Origin: Candidatus Hermodarchaeota archaeon
GTDB taxonomy: Archaea; Asgardarchaeota; Thorarchaeia; Thorarchaeales; Thorarchaeaceae
Reading direction: 5' to 3'
Assembly (NCBI GenBank): GCA_048885865.1
Contig: JBHLLF010000011.1
Location: 18,920 to 82,919, forward strand
Length of the DNA stretch: 64,000 nucleotides
Part shown: positions 50,023-59,723 of the stretch, in pieces
How the letters are laid out: each line of letters begins with the position of its first letter
Numbering within the stretch: the stretch's first letter is position 1
Made by a program: the position numbers and the translations under genes
Notes under the pieces: model-generated
What the model saw: only the letters and a program-made list of their open reading frames with translations
Databases searched by the model: none
What the model was told of the DNA's origin: nothing

Positions 50023-51048
50023 ATGGCGGGTATGTATTCGAATCAGTCAAGCAGTTCAACCACAGTGATAGTGGTGGTGGTTGCAATTGCGGCAACACTG
50101 CTTCTTGCGAACAGTATGCTAGACCATCCAATTCTTCCGCTGCTTCCTCCGGGAATCGGAACGGTGACTACCACACCTACCACAACCATACGGCCTCCTC
50201 CTGAAAACTTGACGGCTCATGAACCCATAGTGATTATTGGTAATGAGGACTTTCAACACCAAGCTGATAATAATAACTGGTCTGGAGATGGGAGTGCAAG
50301 TAATCCTTACATCATCGAAGGCTATGTGATTGAGTCTTCTGAGATATGCATCAACATAATGTACACGACTCTCTACTTCGAGATTAGATATTGCTCATTC
50401 TCCTGCCCAGAGCCTGAGCCCTTTGGAGGTATGGGCGTGAACATATGGGAGGCAGATAATGGACTTGTGGACTCATGCACATTTCGAGAGATGGAGTGGG
50501 GTGTGAATCTCTTCATCACAGACAATTGCGATGTTAGGAGATGTGACATTGAAGCGGGATGGATTGGCGTAAATGTAAGCTACTCTAGTGTCACATTTGT
50601 GGCAGATAACACCATTCAAGGAGGAGATTATGCAGTCTTTGTTGACCAAAGTACGACATTTGCTGTGCTAGAGAATAATCTCTGTCTAACTAATTGTGGC
50701 CTTGCTGTGTGGGGGAGTACGGGAGGAGTCCTGCGACACAACAATGTTTCATACAATGATGCAGGTATCGAGGTTCTCGGGTCTAGTGAGGAAATAGCGT
50801 TTGAGACAAACTGGGTAATCCATAATTCAGGTATTGGAATAGATTTAGGGGTCGGTACCAGCTCCTGTCTCCTATTTGACAACCAGATTGGCTGGAACGG
50901 AGGTGGGAACGCACTGGACAACGGCCTTGAAAACTACTGGGATAACGGAGAAATAGGTAATGCATGGAGCGACTATGAAGGATCTGGGGTCTATGTGATA
51001 CCAGGAAGTGGAGAGAGCGTTGATAACTTCCCATCCCTTATAGTCTGA
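50023..51048 (+). CDS. NosD/beta-helix surface protein with an N-terminal anchor
   Basis: Hydrophobic N-terminus, Thr/Pro linker, WSGDGS..NPYIIEG, GNAWSDY.G.GVY.IPG...VD.FP; ATG 50023 preferred. Confidence 0.8.
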   Translation: MAGMYSNQSSSSTTVIVVVVAIAATLLLANSMLDHPILPLLPPGIGTVTTTPTTTIRPPPENLTAHEPIVIIGNEDFQHQADNNNWSGDGSASNPYIIEGYVIESSEICINIMYTTLYFEIRYCSFSCPEPEPFGGMGVNIWEADNGLVDSCTFREMEWGVNLFITDNCDVRRCDIEAGWIGVNVSYSSVTFVADNTIQGGDYAVFVDQSTTFAVLENNLCLTNCGLAVWGSTGGVLRHNNVSYNDAGIEVLGSSEEIAFETNWVIHNSGIGIDLGVGTSSCLLFDNQIGWNGGGNALDNGLENYWDNGEIGNAWSDYEGSGVYVIPGSGESVDNFPSLIV

Positions 51049-51176
51049 AAATATTCGCAAAATGCACTATACCAGCAAAATGGACAGAATCGCACATCCC
51101 AGTACATGAAAAAACTGAAACCGAAAAGCTTCATATGTCGCCTTTCCTATGAGCCCTCCTCAGAAGGGCCCAACCC

Positions 51177-51710
51177 ATGACACAGCATCGACTGTCTGCA
51201 GTCTATAAAACTGTATTAATCGGCGACGGGGGAGTGGGCAAGACTAGCATCGCCGTTAGATACACCGAGGACCGCTTTGATGAGCAAATGAAGATGACCA
51301 TCGGCGTCAACTTCGCCTCTAAGAAGGTAGAGATATCCGGCTCTGAGGTAACATTGCTTCTCTGGGATCTTGGGGGGCAACCTCGATTCCAGGATGTTGT
51401 CGACGGATACTTCCGAGGTTCAAAGATGGGCATTGCTGTTTATGAAGTGACTCGCCCATTCACACTCTATAGACTTGATGATTGGATTGGACGACTCCGT
51501 AATAACATTGAGGACTGCCCAATCATAATTGTGGGAAACAAGATTGACGAACGAGATGAAGGAGAGGGAGTATCAAAAGAGCAGGCGATGGAGTATGCAT
51601 CAAAATACAATGCGATAGTCTTCGAGGTTTCTGCAAAGACGGGAGAGGGAGTGCCCGAGCTCTTTGAGGCAGTGGCTCGACTTATTGCTAGAGCCTATGA
51701 AGAAGAGTGA
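51177..51710 (+). CDS. Rab-like small GTPase
   Basis: GDGGVGKT, TIGVNF, WDLGGQ, NKID, SAK. Confidence 0.93.
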   Translation: MTQHRLSAVYKTVLIGDGGVGKTSIAVRYTEDRFDEQMKMTIGVNFASKKVEISGSEVTLLLWDLGGQPRFQDVVDGYFRGSKMGIAVYEVTRPFTLYRLDDWIGRLRNNIEDCPIIIVGNKIDERDEGEGVSKEQAMEYASKYNAIVFEVSAKTGEGVPELFEAVARLIARAYEEE

Positions 51711-51801
51711 CTGATGTGTCAGAAATAGCGTTAAATGTTGGCATCACTGAAAGTGATGAGATGGCTTGTTTCGCCGTTTGAGCACGGGTGGTGATCTAGA
51801 G

Positions 51802-52062
51802 TTGGCTAATGTGACACTTAACCCATTTGCATGTCCGGCATGCTCGAAAGGCACTCTAGTGAAGGTCGAGGTTGAGGCGGCAACTATCACCGAGGCAAAG
51901 CGTCATCCTGTCATTGTCACAACACAATGCCCCAACGGTCATTCTATCGTTGTATTCGTAGACAAGAATTTCCAGGTCCGTGATGTCGAGGCCGTGGCTG
52001 GAGCAGCCAAGAAACAAGAAGATGCAGTCGACAAGACAAAGTCATGGTTTGATTCCTTGTAG
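51802..52062 (+). CDS. Small C3H zinc-ribbon protein
   Basis: CPAC...CPNGH..VVFVDKNF.VR; GGTGA RBS before TTG 51802. Confidence 0.75.
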   Translation: MANVTLNPFACPACSKGTLVKVEVEAATITEAKRHPVIVTTQCPNGHSIVVFVDKNFQVRDVEAVAGAAKKQEDAVDKTKSWFDSL

Positions 52063-52238
52063 TTTTTTGTACGCAATTTTGTGCTTCCCATTAAGGGATG
52101 AAATATTACCTGATATTACAACTTACGAGAAATGCTTATTACATGGCAATCGAGGCTTTGTTTAATAGATAGGCCATCTTCCGTATCTATTGCAAGAAAG
52201 GGATTTGCAGACGACTCAACGGATGGCGAGGCTCGGTA

Positions 52239-52685
52239 ATGTACGGTATCTTCGTGATCAATGACGCTGGGGAGACCATTGCGTCGATTGGCTGGGAGAA
52301 CCTAAAGGGTGACTCATCACTCTTCGGAGGGTTTCTCTCTGCGGTTCAAATGTTCATCAAGAAGATATCAGGTACTGAAATCGAAGAGCTGCGCTTTGGA
52401 GACCTGAAGCTTCTAGTGGGTCATGCAGGTACAGATTATGTTGTAACTCTTCATGCACTTGACGACCAAAAAGCAGAGGACCACAATCGCGAGGTTGTTA
52501 AGCTTGTTAACGAAAGCTCGGACATTCGAATAGATGACGGCTTTCTGGAACTTGTCAATGAAATGGTAATGACGGAGAGCCAGGAAGATGCGGAGAAGGT
52601 TCGTAGCGGTCTGAGGGCATGGACAAGCGGCGAACTCGATGAGGCAAAGAAAGCCGCAAGTGAGTGGGGCAAGAAGGTGTTCTAA
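52239..52685 (+). CDS. Longin/roadblock-like domain protein
   Basis: GIFVINDAGETI, helix LFGGFLSAVQMFIKK, IEELRFGDLKLLV: beta-beta-alpha-beta-beta-beta-alpha pattern. Confidence 0.7.
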   Translation: MYGIFVINDAGETIASIGWENLKGDSSLFGGFLSAVQMFIKKISGTEIEELRFGDLKLLVGHAGTDYVVTLHALDDQKAEDHNREVVKLVNESSDIRIDDGFLELVNEMVMTESQEDAEKVRSGLRAWTSGELDEAKKAASEWGKKVF

Positions 52686-54152
52686 ATGGAAACTTACGAA
52701 GTAGCTCAGTTCTTCATTGCATTAGCAACACTGGTCGCAGCAGGGACAATTATCACCTATAGCTTGAGAAGGTCATCCCAAGCTGATGCGGAAACCAAAC
52801 GTGCCTTCAGACCTCTGTATTTGTTTGCATTAGCAATGCTAGTTTATGCAGTTGGAACATTCATTACTTTCCAAGAGGCAGCAACAGGGAGGTCGTTTCT
52901 AGTTGACTTTCTTGCGGACTACCGTGGTATTTACGAACATTTCCTGGATTATCTTGTCTTCCCATACTATACCTTATTTGTTATTCTGATAGTTGAAGTC
53001 GTCATTCTTGCCATTGCCGCTTCAATGATTACTAGACGGGGATACCTTGGGTTAGTAATTGTTGTCATAGCGCTTATCAGCATTATACTTCTCTTCCAGT
53101 CAATCGATCTTGTGTTCATATTCAGAGTGAGCAATCGTGCAGACTTCCTATTTAGCATGGGATCTCTGTTGAGGTCAGCAATTCTTCTTGTTGTTGCCAT
53201 CATATTTGTCTGGATTGCCTATGATACCAGAAGAGGAACGGCTGCGGCAATGTCCTTTGCGCTCGTTATGCAGCTTCTCAATCTCCCAGATCTATATGGC
53301 GAGGGATTTGCTGGCTTTGCACTTCCAATCTATGGAACATATGTAATCGTCTTCATGGCGCTAATGGGACCGGCTATGCTGGCATTTACATTTCTTAGGC
53401 CCGAACAAGAAATGACTGGTGAGCTTGTAGGATATGGAGCTAGCTTTGCAGGACCTGCGTTGGTGATTTCTGGAGTATATGCACAAGGTCTTCTAGGGGA
53501 CATCGTGCTTACAAGTATCGTACTTGTTGGGTCATTTGCGATAATGCTAGCGGCTGGTACTGCGGCATATCTATATGGCAGATGGAGGGAAACCAAACAG
53601 CTGCCAACATTTCTTATGCTAATTGCCTTTGCACTATTTGCTTTTGGGCAGTTGTCTGGCATGTTGGGAAATACCAATAATCTACCGACCACAGAAGCTA
53701 TTTACTTCGAAATTCTGTCCCTCGGATTAGCCTTGACTCTGCTATCAACCACGTCGATATTCGCTGCTGGATATAGAAGTGCTGGTCTATTACCGTTCCT
53801 GTTCTATTTGCCAGTCGCTATCCTTATTGTCCAAGGTTTTCCTGCACCCATAGAAACGACTTTCTTGGAATTAATCTGGTTTGTAATCCCGCTACTAATT
53901 ATGTTTCTCCTTCCAGTGATTCTTTTCGGTAATGTCTGGCGCAGAATGAAGAAACAGAATCAACCAGGCAGACTCAGACCCCTGGGTATCGCGCTGGGAA
54001 TCTTGCTTTTCCTTGTGATCAGAATCCCCATCCTATTGATTGGTATTCTAGGACTTGACCCTGGATATGCGCTGGTCACCGTCAGTTATTTTGTGTCATG
54101 GATGGCACTAACAGGAAGGTTGGATAGAACTCTTGGCATGAGAGGCTTCTAA
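52686..54152 (+). CDS. Polytopic membrane protein (about 15 TM; apparent 7TM duplication)
   Basis: About 15 hydrophobic segments; ATG directly after the longin gene stop. Confidence 0.8.
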   Translation: METYEVAQFFIALATLVAAGTIITYSLRRSSQADAETKRAFRPLYLFALAMLVYAVGTFITFQEAATGRSFLVDFLADYRGIYEHFLDYLVFPYYTLFVILIVEVVILAIAASMITRRGYLGLVIVVIALISIILLFQSIDLVFIFRVSNRADFLFSMGSLLRSAILLVVAIIFVWIAYDTRRGTAAAMSFALVMQLLNLPDLYGEGFAGFALPIYGTYVIVFMALMGPAMLAFTFLRPEQEMTGELVGYGASFAGPALVISGVYAQGLLGDIVLTSIVLVGSFAIMLAAGTAAYLYGRWRETKQLPTFLMLIAFALFAFGQLSGMLGNTNNLPTTEAIYFEILSLGLALTLLSTTSIFAAGYRSAGLLPFLFYLPVAILIVQGFPAPIETTFLELIWFVIPLLIMFLLPVILFGNVWRRMKKQNQPGRLRPLGIALGILLFLVIRIPILLIGILGLDPGYALVTVSYFVSWMALTGRLDRTLGMRGF

Positions 54153-54243
54153 GAATAAATAACTGAGTTCCGCATCCATTCCTCTTTTATTGGTCCGGCT
54201 AGATGCTCCGCTGAATACAGCTATTAATGGTCTAGTGAAGCAA

Positions 54244-55128
54244 ATGAGAATTGGCTATGCCTGCATTAACATGTCCATCGGATGCTCCAGCGCAAGGACA
54301 TTCAGGCTTAAGTCGTATACAGAACCTCGCCTCATTGCAACAATTCAGGAAAATCTGCAATGCCTCAGGAGAATCATCAGATTCAATTTAGAGAATAATA
54401 TCCTGTTCTTTAGAATAACCTCTGATCTGATCCCATTTGCGAGTCATCCCATTATGAAGGTTGATTGGAAATCTCTATTCTCGGATGAACTCTCAGAGAT
54501 AGGAGAACTGGCTGTTTCAGCAGGTATGAGACTGTCGATGCATCCCGGTCAGTACACTGTTTTGAATTCCACAAGTGATTCAGTTTACAGGAATGCGCTG
54601 GCAGACCTTCAATATCATTGTGACATACTTGACCTGATGAATCTGGGTCCAGATGCAAAGGTTCAGATCCACATTGGAGGAGTCTATGGGGATAAGGAGG
54701 CATCACTCCAGCGTTTTGCTGAGCGATATGACCTTCTGGACAAGACCATCTCTCGCAGGTTGGTAGTTGAGAATGATGACCACAGCTATACGCAGAAAGA
54801 CTGTATGTTTCTTAGCGAGTTGACAGGGATTCCCGTCGTCTTCGATAATTTGCATCATGATGTCCTCAACCATGGCGAATCCATAAGGGATAGCTTGAAG
54901 CGAAGCGCCGCAACCTGGACAAAACGCGAAGGTCCGCCCATCGTGCATTACAGTTCGCAGAGTCCTACTGGTCGTCCTGGGAAACATGCAGCTACTCTGG
55001 ACACTAATGACTTCGCAGATTTCCTTCAACGAACAAGGGACATTGGATATGACCTCATGATCGAGATAAAGGACAAGGACATTTCTGCTCTCAAAGCCCT
55101 AAGAATACTCGACAGAATCCACGCCTAG
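54244..55128 (+). CDS. uvsE: UV damage endonuclease
   Basis: MRIGYAC, FFRI.S..IPFASHP, RLSMHPGQY.VLNS, HIGG.YG, VENDD, FD..HH, HYS, H, E.KDKD. Confidence 0.95.
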   Translation: MRIGYACINMSIGCSSARTFRLKSYTEPRLIATIQENLQCLRRIIRFNLENNILFFRITSDLIPFASHPIMKVDWKSLFSDELSEIGELAVSAGMRLSMHPGQYTVLNSTSDSVYRNALADLQYHCDILDLMNLGPDAKVQIHIGGVYGDKEASLQRFAERYDLLDKTISRRLVVENDDHSYTQKDCMFLSELTGIPVVFDNLHHDVLNHGESIRDSLKRSAATWTKREGPPIVHYSSQSPTGRPGKHAATLDTNDFADFLQRTRDIGYDLMIEIKDKDISALKALRILDRIHA

Positions 55129-56543
55129 TGATGGTGAGCATGACCTCCATTGATAGGAGCAAGATTGCCAATGGCATTTCGTACCACCTCTGAAAGCGCG
55201 GGGTGGATGTACATTGCCCTCCTAGATGGAATGAATGACCCACTGTCCGTGTTCATCAGAGTGATGATTTCTTGTACAAGCATTGGAGCATAAGGCCCCA
55301 CAACCGTTCCACCTAGGATGCGATGAGTTTCGGCATCAGCTATAACCCTCGCAAATCCCTCAGGTTCTCCCATTGCAAAGCCCTTCGCCACACTGTCATA
55401 CCCTGCCTGTCCGACAAGAAGCGGCCGACCAGAGGATCTTGCTTGTTTTAGATTCATCCCGACCGTTGCGATAGGTGGATACGAAAAGACTGCCCACGGC
55501 ACTGCACTGTAGTCCATAGAGATGAACTCCTCAGGACCAGCGCCTTCAAGAGATCTCGACCAGTTATACCAGACAATGCCGGATTCCTCATTAGCTACGT
55601 GACGAAACATGTACTTCCCAATAGCATCACCAAAAGCCCATATTCGCTTCTTTGTGGTTCTGAAATATTCATCAACAACAACGAATCCTCTGTCATCTGT
55701 CGTAACACCAGTTTTCTCTGGCTTAAACAAATCTGCATTGGATTGTCGACCCACAGCTACCAGAAGGCTATCGGCGCTGAATGTTTTCTCTGTTCCGAAT
55801 TCCCGGTCTCTAGCAACCACAGTCTTTATTCCATCCGACTCTGTCACTTCAGTCGCTTCGTGGTTGGTGAGAATTCTCATACGTTTTGATAGCTCACGTT
55901 TCAGAAGTTCTGAAACGTCATGGTCCTCATTCTTGACTAGATAAGGATTTCTTCCGATAATAGTCACATCTGTACCAACAGCGGAGAAGAAGTGGCCAAA
56001 CTCTGCCGCTATGTATCCGCCACCAAGGATGATCATCGACTTGGGTCTTTCAGTCAGCTGAAGTGCTTCCTTGCTGGTCATGTAATCAACTTCCTCTAGC
56101 CCTTCGATTCTTGGAATGATCGGTCTTGTCCCAGCAGCAATGAAGATGTGTTCTCCCTGAATCGTTTCATCGTCCACTCTCATGGTGTAGTCGCCTATGA
56201 ACTCGCCAGTCGTATGATACCAATCATAGTCCTTCGCGGCGTTAATCGACCTGCCAATATTATCTGCATCAGTCCCAACATGAGCACGCATCCGTTCCAT
56301 GAGGGCGGGAAAATCTATTGACTCAACAGTTGCCTTCACGTTGAGCTTCTCTGCCAATTGCGTCTGCACAATCACGTCAGCAACATATGTCAGTATTTTA
56401 GTTGGGATACAGCCTCTATTGAGACAAGTCCCGCCCATTGGTCCGTTCTCGACTATTGCGACCTTCAAGCCACTATTGTACGCAGGCGACGCAAGATTCA
56501 GTCCTGAACCTGAACCAATCACTATCAAATCATAATCCTTCAT
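55125..56543 (-). CDS. Pyridine nucleotide-disulfide oxidoreductase class I (dihydrolipoyl dehydrogenase/mycothione reductase-like)
   Basis: GSGSG, GGTCLNRGCIPTK, GGGYIAAE, GD, HPALSE. Confidence 0.9.
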   Translation of the reverse strand: MKDYDLIVIGSGSGLNLASPAYNSGLKVAIVENGPMGGTCLNRGCIPTKILTYVADVIVQTQLAEKLNVKATVESIDFPALMERMRAHVGTDADNIGRSINAAKDYDWYHTTGEFIGDYTMRVDDETIQGEHIFIAAGTRPIIPRIEGLEEVDYMTSKEALQLTERPKSMIILGGGYIAAEFGHFFSAVGTDVTIIGRNPYLVKNEDHDVSELLKRELSKRMRILTNHEATEVTESDGIKTVVARDREFGTEKTFSADSLLVAVGRQSNADLFKPEKTGVTTDDRGFVVVDEYFRTTKKRIWAFGDAIGKYMFRHVANEESGIVWYNWSRSLEGAGPEEFISMDYSAVPWAVFSYPPIATVGMNLKQARSSGRPLLVGQAGYDSVAKGFAMGEPEGFARVIADAETHRILGGTVVGPYAPMLVQEIITLMNTDSGSFIPSRRAMYIHPALSEVVRNAIGNLAPINGGHAHHH

Positions 56544-56688
56544 GGCAAAAATCCACCAGAAATATATTAACAATTGTTTATTTCTTAATAAGCCTATTGC
56601 TATTGGAAAGGGTACGAGCGATTCAAATATGATACTTCGCCAAGCTTAAGTGCAAATCAAGATTCAATCTCCAGGAGAGGCTAGCAAA

Positions 56689-58581
56689 TTGAGAATGCTC
56701 CAGATACATAGTGATGGATTCTCCTATGAGGCCAAACGCAAGGCACTCAAGAATGCAGAGGCTGTGAAATCGAAGTCGTACTCAACCGAAGACTCATGTC
56801 TGGTGAACTTCATCGCAGCTGAAAAGAGTGACGAGAAGGATGTCGAGTCAGCGTCAAAGTTGACGGCGGACATGATAGCCCAGGCCGCGGAAGAGGTCAA
56901 GGAGAAGAACATCGTTGTATATCCATGGGTTCACCTTAGCGAGGACCCATCTCCTCCAAGCACTGCCCTGAAGCTTCTCAAGAACGTCGCAAAAGATCTT
57001 GAAGCACGTGGGTTCAATGTAGTGCGCGTACCATTTGGCTGGTACAAGTCGTTCGAACTTCACTGCAAGGGACATCCTCTTGCAGAACGATCCAAGGTAC
57101 TAGACATCTCAGCTGAAACGGGAGAGGTGAAATCTAGGGATGCCACTTTGGGAGAAGATCTCACAGCAATTGCTGCAGAAGAGAAGGCTACTTCAAAATT
57201 CTATATCATGGAACCGGATGGAAAGCTCACTGACTACGAAGAATTCAATTACAGGAATCACAAGGAGCTTAAGATCTACGTTAAATATGAAACTGCGAAG
57301 GATAGGACTGCATCAGAGGCGCCTCCGCATATAGAAATGATGCAGAAGCTTGAACTTGTGGACTATGAGCCCGGTTCAGACCCGGGCAACTTCAGATGGC
57401 CTCCGCGTGGACTCACATTGAAGAGAGCAGTGGAGCAAAGAGTTCTAGCAGAGATGCTGGACTATGGGGCACATGTTGTACAGACTCCGGTGATATACGA
57501 CTACGAACATCCTTCGCTCAAGTCGTACCTCCAGCGATTTCCATCACGCCAATATGTTATCAAATCAGGAGATCGTGATTACTTTGCTAGGTTTTCCGCA
57601 TGCTTTGGCCAATTCCTCCTGATACAGCAAGCAGTGGTGTCATACAAGCAACTTCCGCTGAAGCTCTTCGAGATGGCTCAGTCTTTCAGACGTGAACAGA
57701 GCGGCGAGCTTGCAGGAATGCGACGACCGAGAGTATTCACCATGGCGGACATTCATGAATTTGTAGCCGACATTGAAGGCGCTATGGATGCGGTGAAGAG
57801 GCAGCTTGTCTTTGTAGAGAAGCTTCAGAAAGAGCTCGAGGTTGACTACGAGGTTTCATTCAGAGTTCTAAAGTCCTTCTTTGAAGAGAATAGAGATTTC
57901 ATGAACGAGGTGGCAAGAACTATCGGGAAGCCAATGATGGTTGAGGTCTTCGATGACCAGTATGCCTACTTCATCTTCAAAGGCGAATGGAATGTCGTTG
58001 ACGCACAGAAGAAAGCAGGTTGCCTAGGTACAATTCAGATCGATGTAGAGAATGCAGAACGCTTCGACATCAAGTACATCGGAGAGGATGGCAAGGAGCA
58101 CCTTCCTCTAATCCTCCATACTTCGCCCTCTGGATCTATGGAGCGCATATTGTATGGTGTGCTAGAACAAGCTCACAAGGATAAGATTCGTGGAAAGAAG
58201 CCCAAGATTCCTCTCTGGATGACTCCCTCGCAGGTGCGGCTACTACCAATAGATGAGAACATGGTTGACTACTGCCTTGAATTGGGCAAGGAATTGGACA
58301 AGTATGGAGTGCGGTATGAGATAGACGATAGGTCACAGACTATTAGCAAAAAGGTGAGAGCTGCTGAAAAGCTTTGGATTCCATACATCTGCGTTGTCGG
58401 AGAGAAAGAGCGTGACTCGAACCAGCTTTCTGTCAGGCGTCGCGAGGAAGGTGATCAAGTATCAATGGGTATTGAAGAACTGGGAACTCTAATTGCTCAG
58501 CAGACAAGCTTTGCTCCAAGACAACGACTCTTGCTGCCTAATCTCGTTTCCAAGCAACCTGTCTTCTCAAGAGAAGTATGA
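56689..58581 (+). CDS. thrS: Threonine--tRNA ligase, archaeal type
   Basis: Archaeal editing domain (L.IHSD, YPW.HLS, PFGWYK...CKGHPLAE); RFSACFG, FRREQSGE, HTSPSGS.ER; anticodon-binding domain. Confidence 0.97.
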   Translation: MRMLQIHSDGFSYEAKRKALKNAEAVKSKSYSTEDSCLVNFIAAEKSDEKDVESASKLTADMIAQAAEEVKEKNIVVYPWVHLSEDPSPPSTALKLLKNVAKDLEARGFNVVRVPFGWYKSFELHCKGHPLAERSKVLDISAETGEVKSRDATLGEDLTAIAAEEKATSKFYIMEPDGKLTDYEEFNYRNHKELKIYVKYETAKDRTASEAPPHIEMMQKLELVDYEPGSDPGNFRWPPRGLTLKRAVEQRVLAEMLDYGAHVVQTPVIYDYEHPSLKSYLQRFPSRQYVIKSGDRDYFARFSACFGQFLLIQQAVVSYKQLPLKLFEMAQSFRREQSGELAGMRRPRVFTMADIHEFVADIEGAMDAVKRQLVFVEKLQKELEVDYEVSFRVLKSFFEENRDFMNEVARTIGKPMMVEVFDDQYAYFIFKGEWNVVDAQKKAGCLGTIQIDVENAERFDIKYIGEDGKEHLPLILHTSPSGSMERILYGVLEQAHKDKIRGKKPKIPLWMTPSQVRLLPIDENMVDYCLELGKELDKYGVRYEIDDRSQTISKKVRAAEKLWIPYICVVGEKERDSNQLSVRRREEGDQVSMGIEELGTLIAQQTSFAPRQRLLLPNLVSKQPVFSREV

Positions 58582-58858
58582 GTTTCCTCTATCAGCCAGG
58601 GGAATCAGCTGCCTATGTCAAAGATTAGCTAATTCCCTTTACATCTTTTTGAATTAAAAAGGAGAAGGGATTTATTAGATAATAAATCGAAATGTACACT
58701 ACTAAATGGAAATTTGCTGCGATTTTTGGAAGCAAAACGATTTATTACCTAGATAATACATTGTATTGGTACCTAAACGCTTGAACTTACTAACATGCCG
58801 CCACCCACACAGGTTAGGAATGGAGACTCGCAAGAGGTCCGGGAGAAAGAGAGAGGTA

Positions 58859-59569
58859 ATGAGGGAGTTGCACAAAGGCTACTCCAATAGCCGAGCATCA
58901 CGCACAGTCGATCGATACATGATCGCCATCTGCGTCTTGTTCGTATTTGCGTTATGTAGTACTAGCTACAGTATCGCCGCGCAAAACCCAAACCTCTTAG
59001 ATCAAATGGAGCAAGACTTCAATGAGCTTACAGACAAAGCTAACTCCTGGTCTGAAGTCTCCGAGTCAAATTTTGACATATTAGCTCTGGATGCCTATGA
59101 TTTGGAACTATGGTCGGAAAGTGCTTGCCTGACGCTCGAACCAGAACAAGGTTACATAGAGATTGAGGAGCAGTATCTACCTCAAGAAATACCACTCTGC
59201 ATTACTCAAGCAGATCTTGACAAGTGGGGTGTCTATGTCCACGTATATGGTGGATATGTCCTTGAGGGAGCCTGGCTCAAACTCTACCAGAAGAATTATG
59301 ATTGGCGATATGTCAACGTCCACTTCACAAAGGTTGACGGTGCATGTTGCAGTGATTATTATTACAAGATTAATTTCACCCTACCAGGTGGTGTGGATCA
59401 TCTGTGCTTCGATGCAAACAACTTCCCAGATGATTCGAACTGGTGGCCATTCGAGGTCGGAATTCCGGATGGCAATGCATTAGAAAAGGAAATCAAGATT
59501 AAATTCTGCAGTCTGTGGAGCGGCTGCATCGAGCCAACCCAGGAGTTCACGATTTCCATAGCCCATTAA
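58859..59569 (+). CDS. Hypothetical secreted/membrane-anchored Cys-containing protein
   Basis: GAGGT RBS, hydrophobic signal-like segment, several Cys. Confidence 0.55.
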   Translation: MRELHKGYSNSRASRTVDRYMIAICVLFVFALCSTSYSIAAQNPNLLDQMEQDFNELTDKANSWSEVSESNFDILALDAYDLELWSESACLTLEPEQGYIEIEEQYLPQEIPLCITQADLDKWGVYVHVYGGYVLEGAWLKLYQKNYDWRYVNVHFTKVDGACCSDYYYKINFTLPGGVDHLCFDANNFPDDSNWWPFEVGIPDGNALEKEIKIKFCSLWSGCIEPTQEFTISIAH

Positions 59570-59592
59570 CAATCATGGGCACCGGAGCTAAT

Positions 59593-59630
59593 GTGTCGCC
59601 CTCTACAATGGGGCGACACTTCTACTTTTC
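59593..59630 (+). terminator. Hairpin plus pyrimidine tract
   Basis: GTGTCGCCC / GGGCGACAC, then TTCTACTTTTC. Confidence 0.55.
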
Positions 59631-59723
59631 ACAAGGAGATTAACACCCAACGAAAATCATACTACGACATTGTTTTTATCTTGCCAACGACTATGTAAAG
59701 AATCATTACTAGAGGTGTATTCT

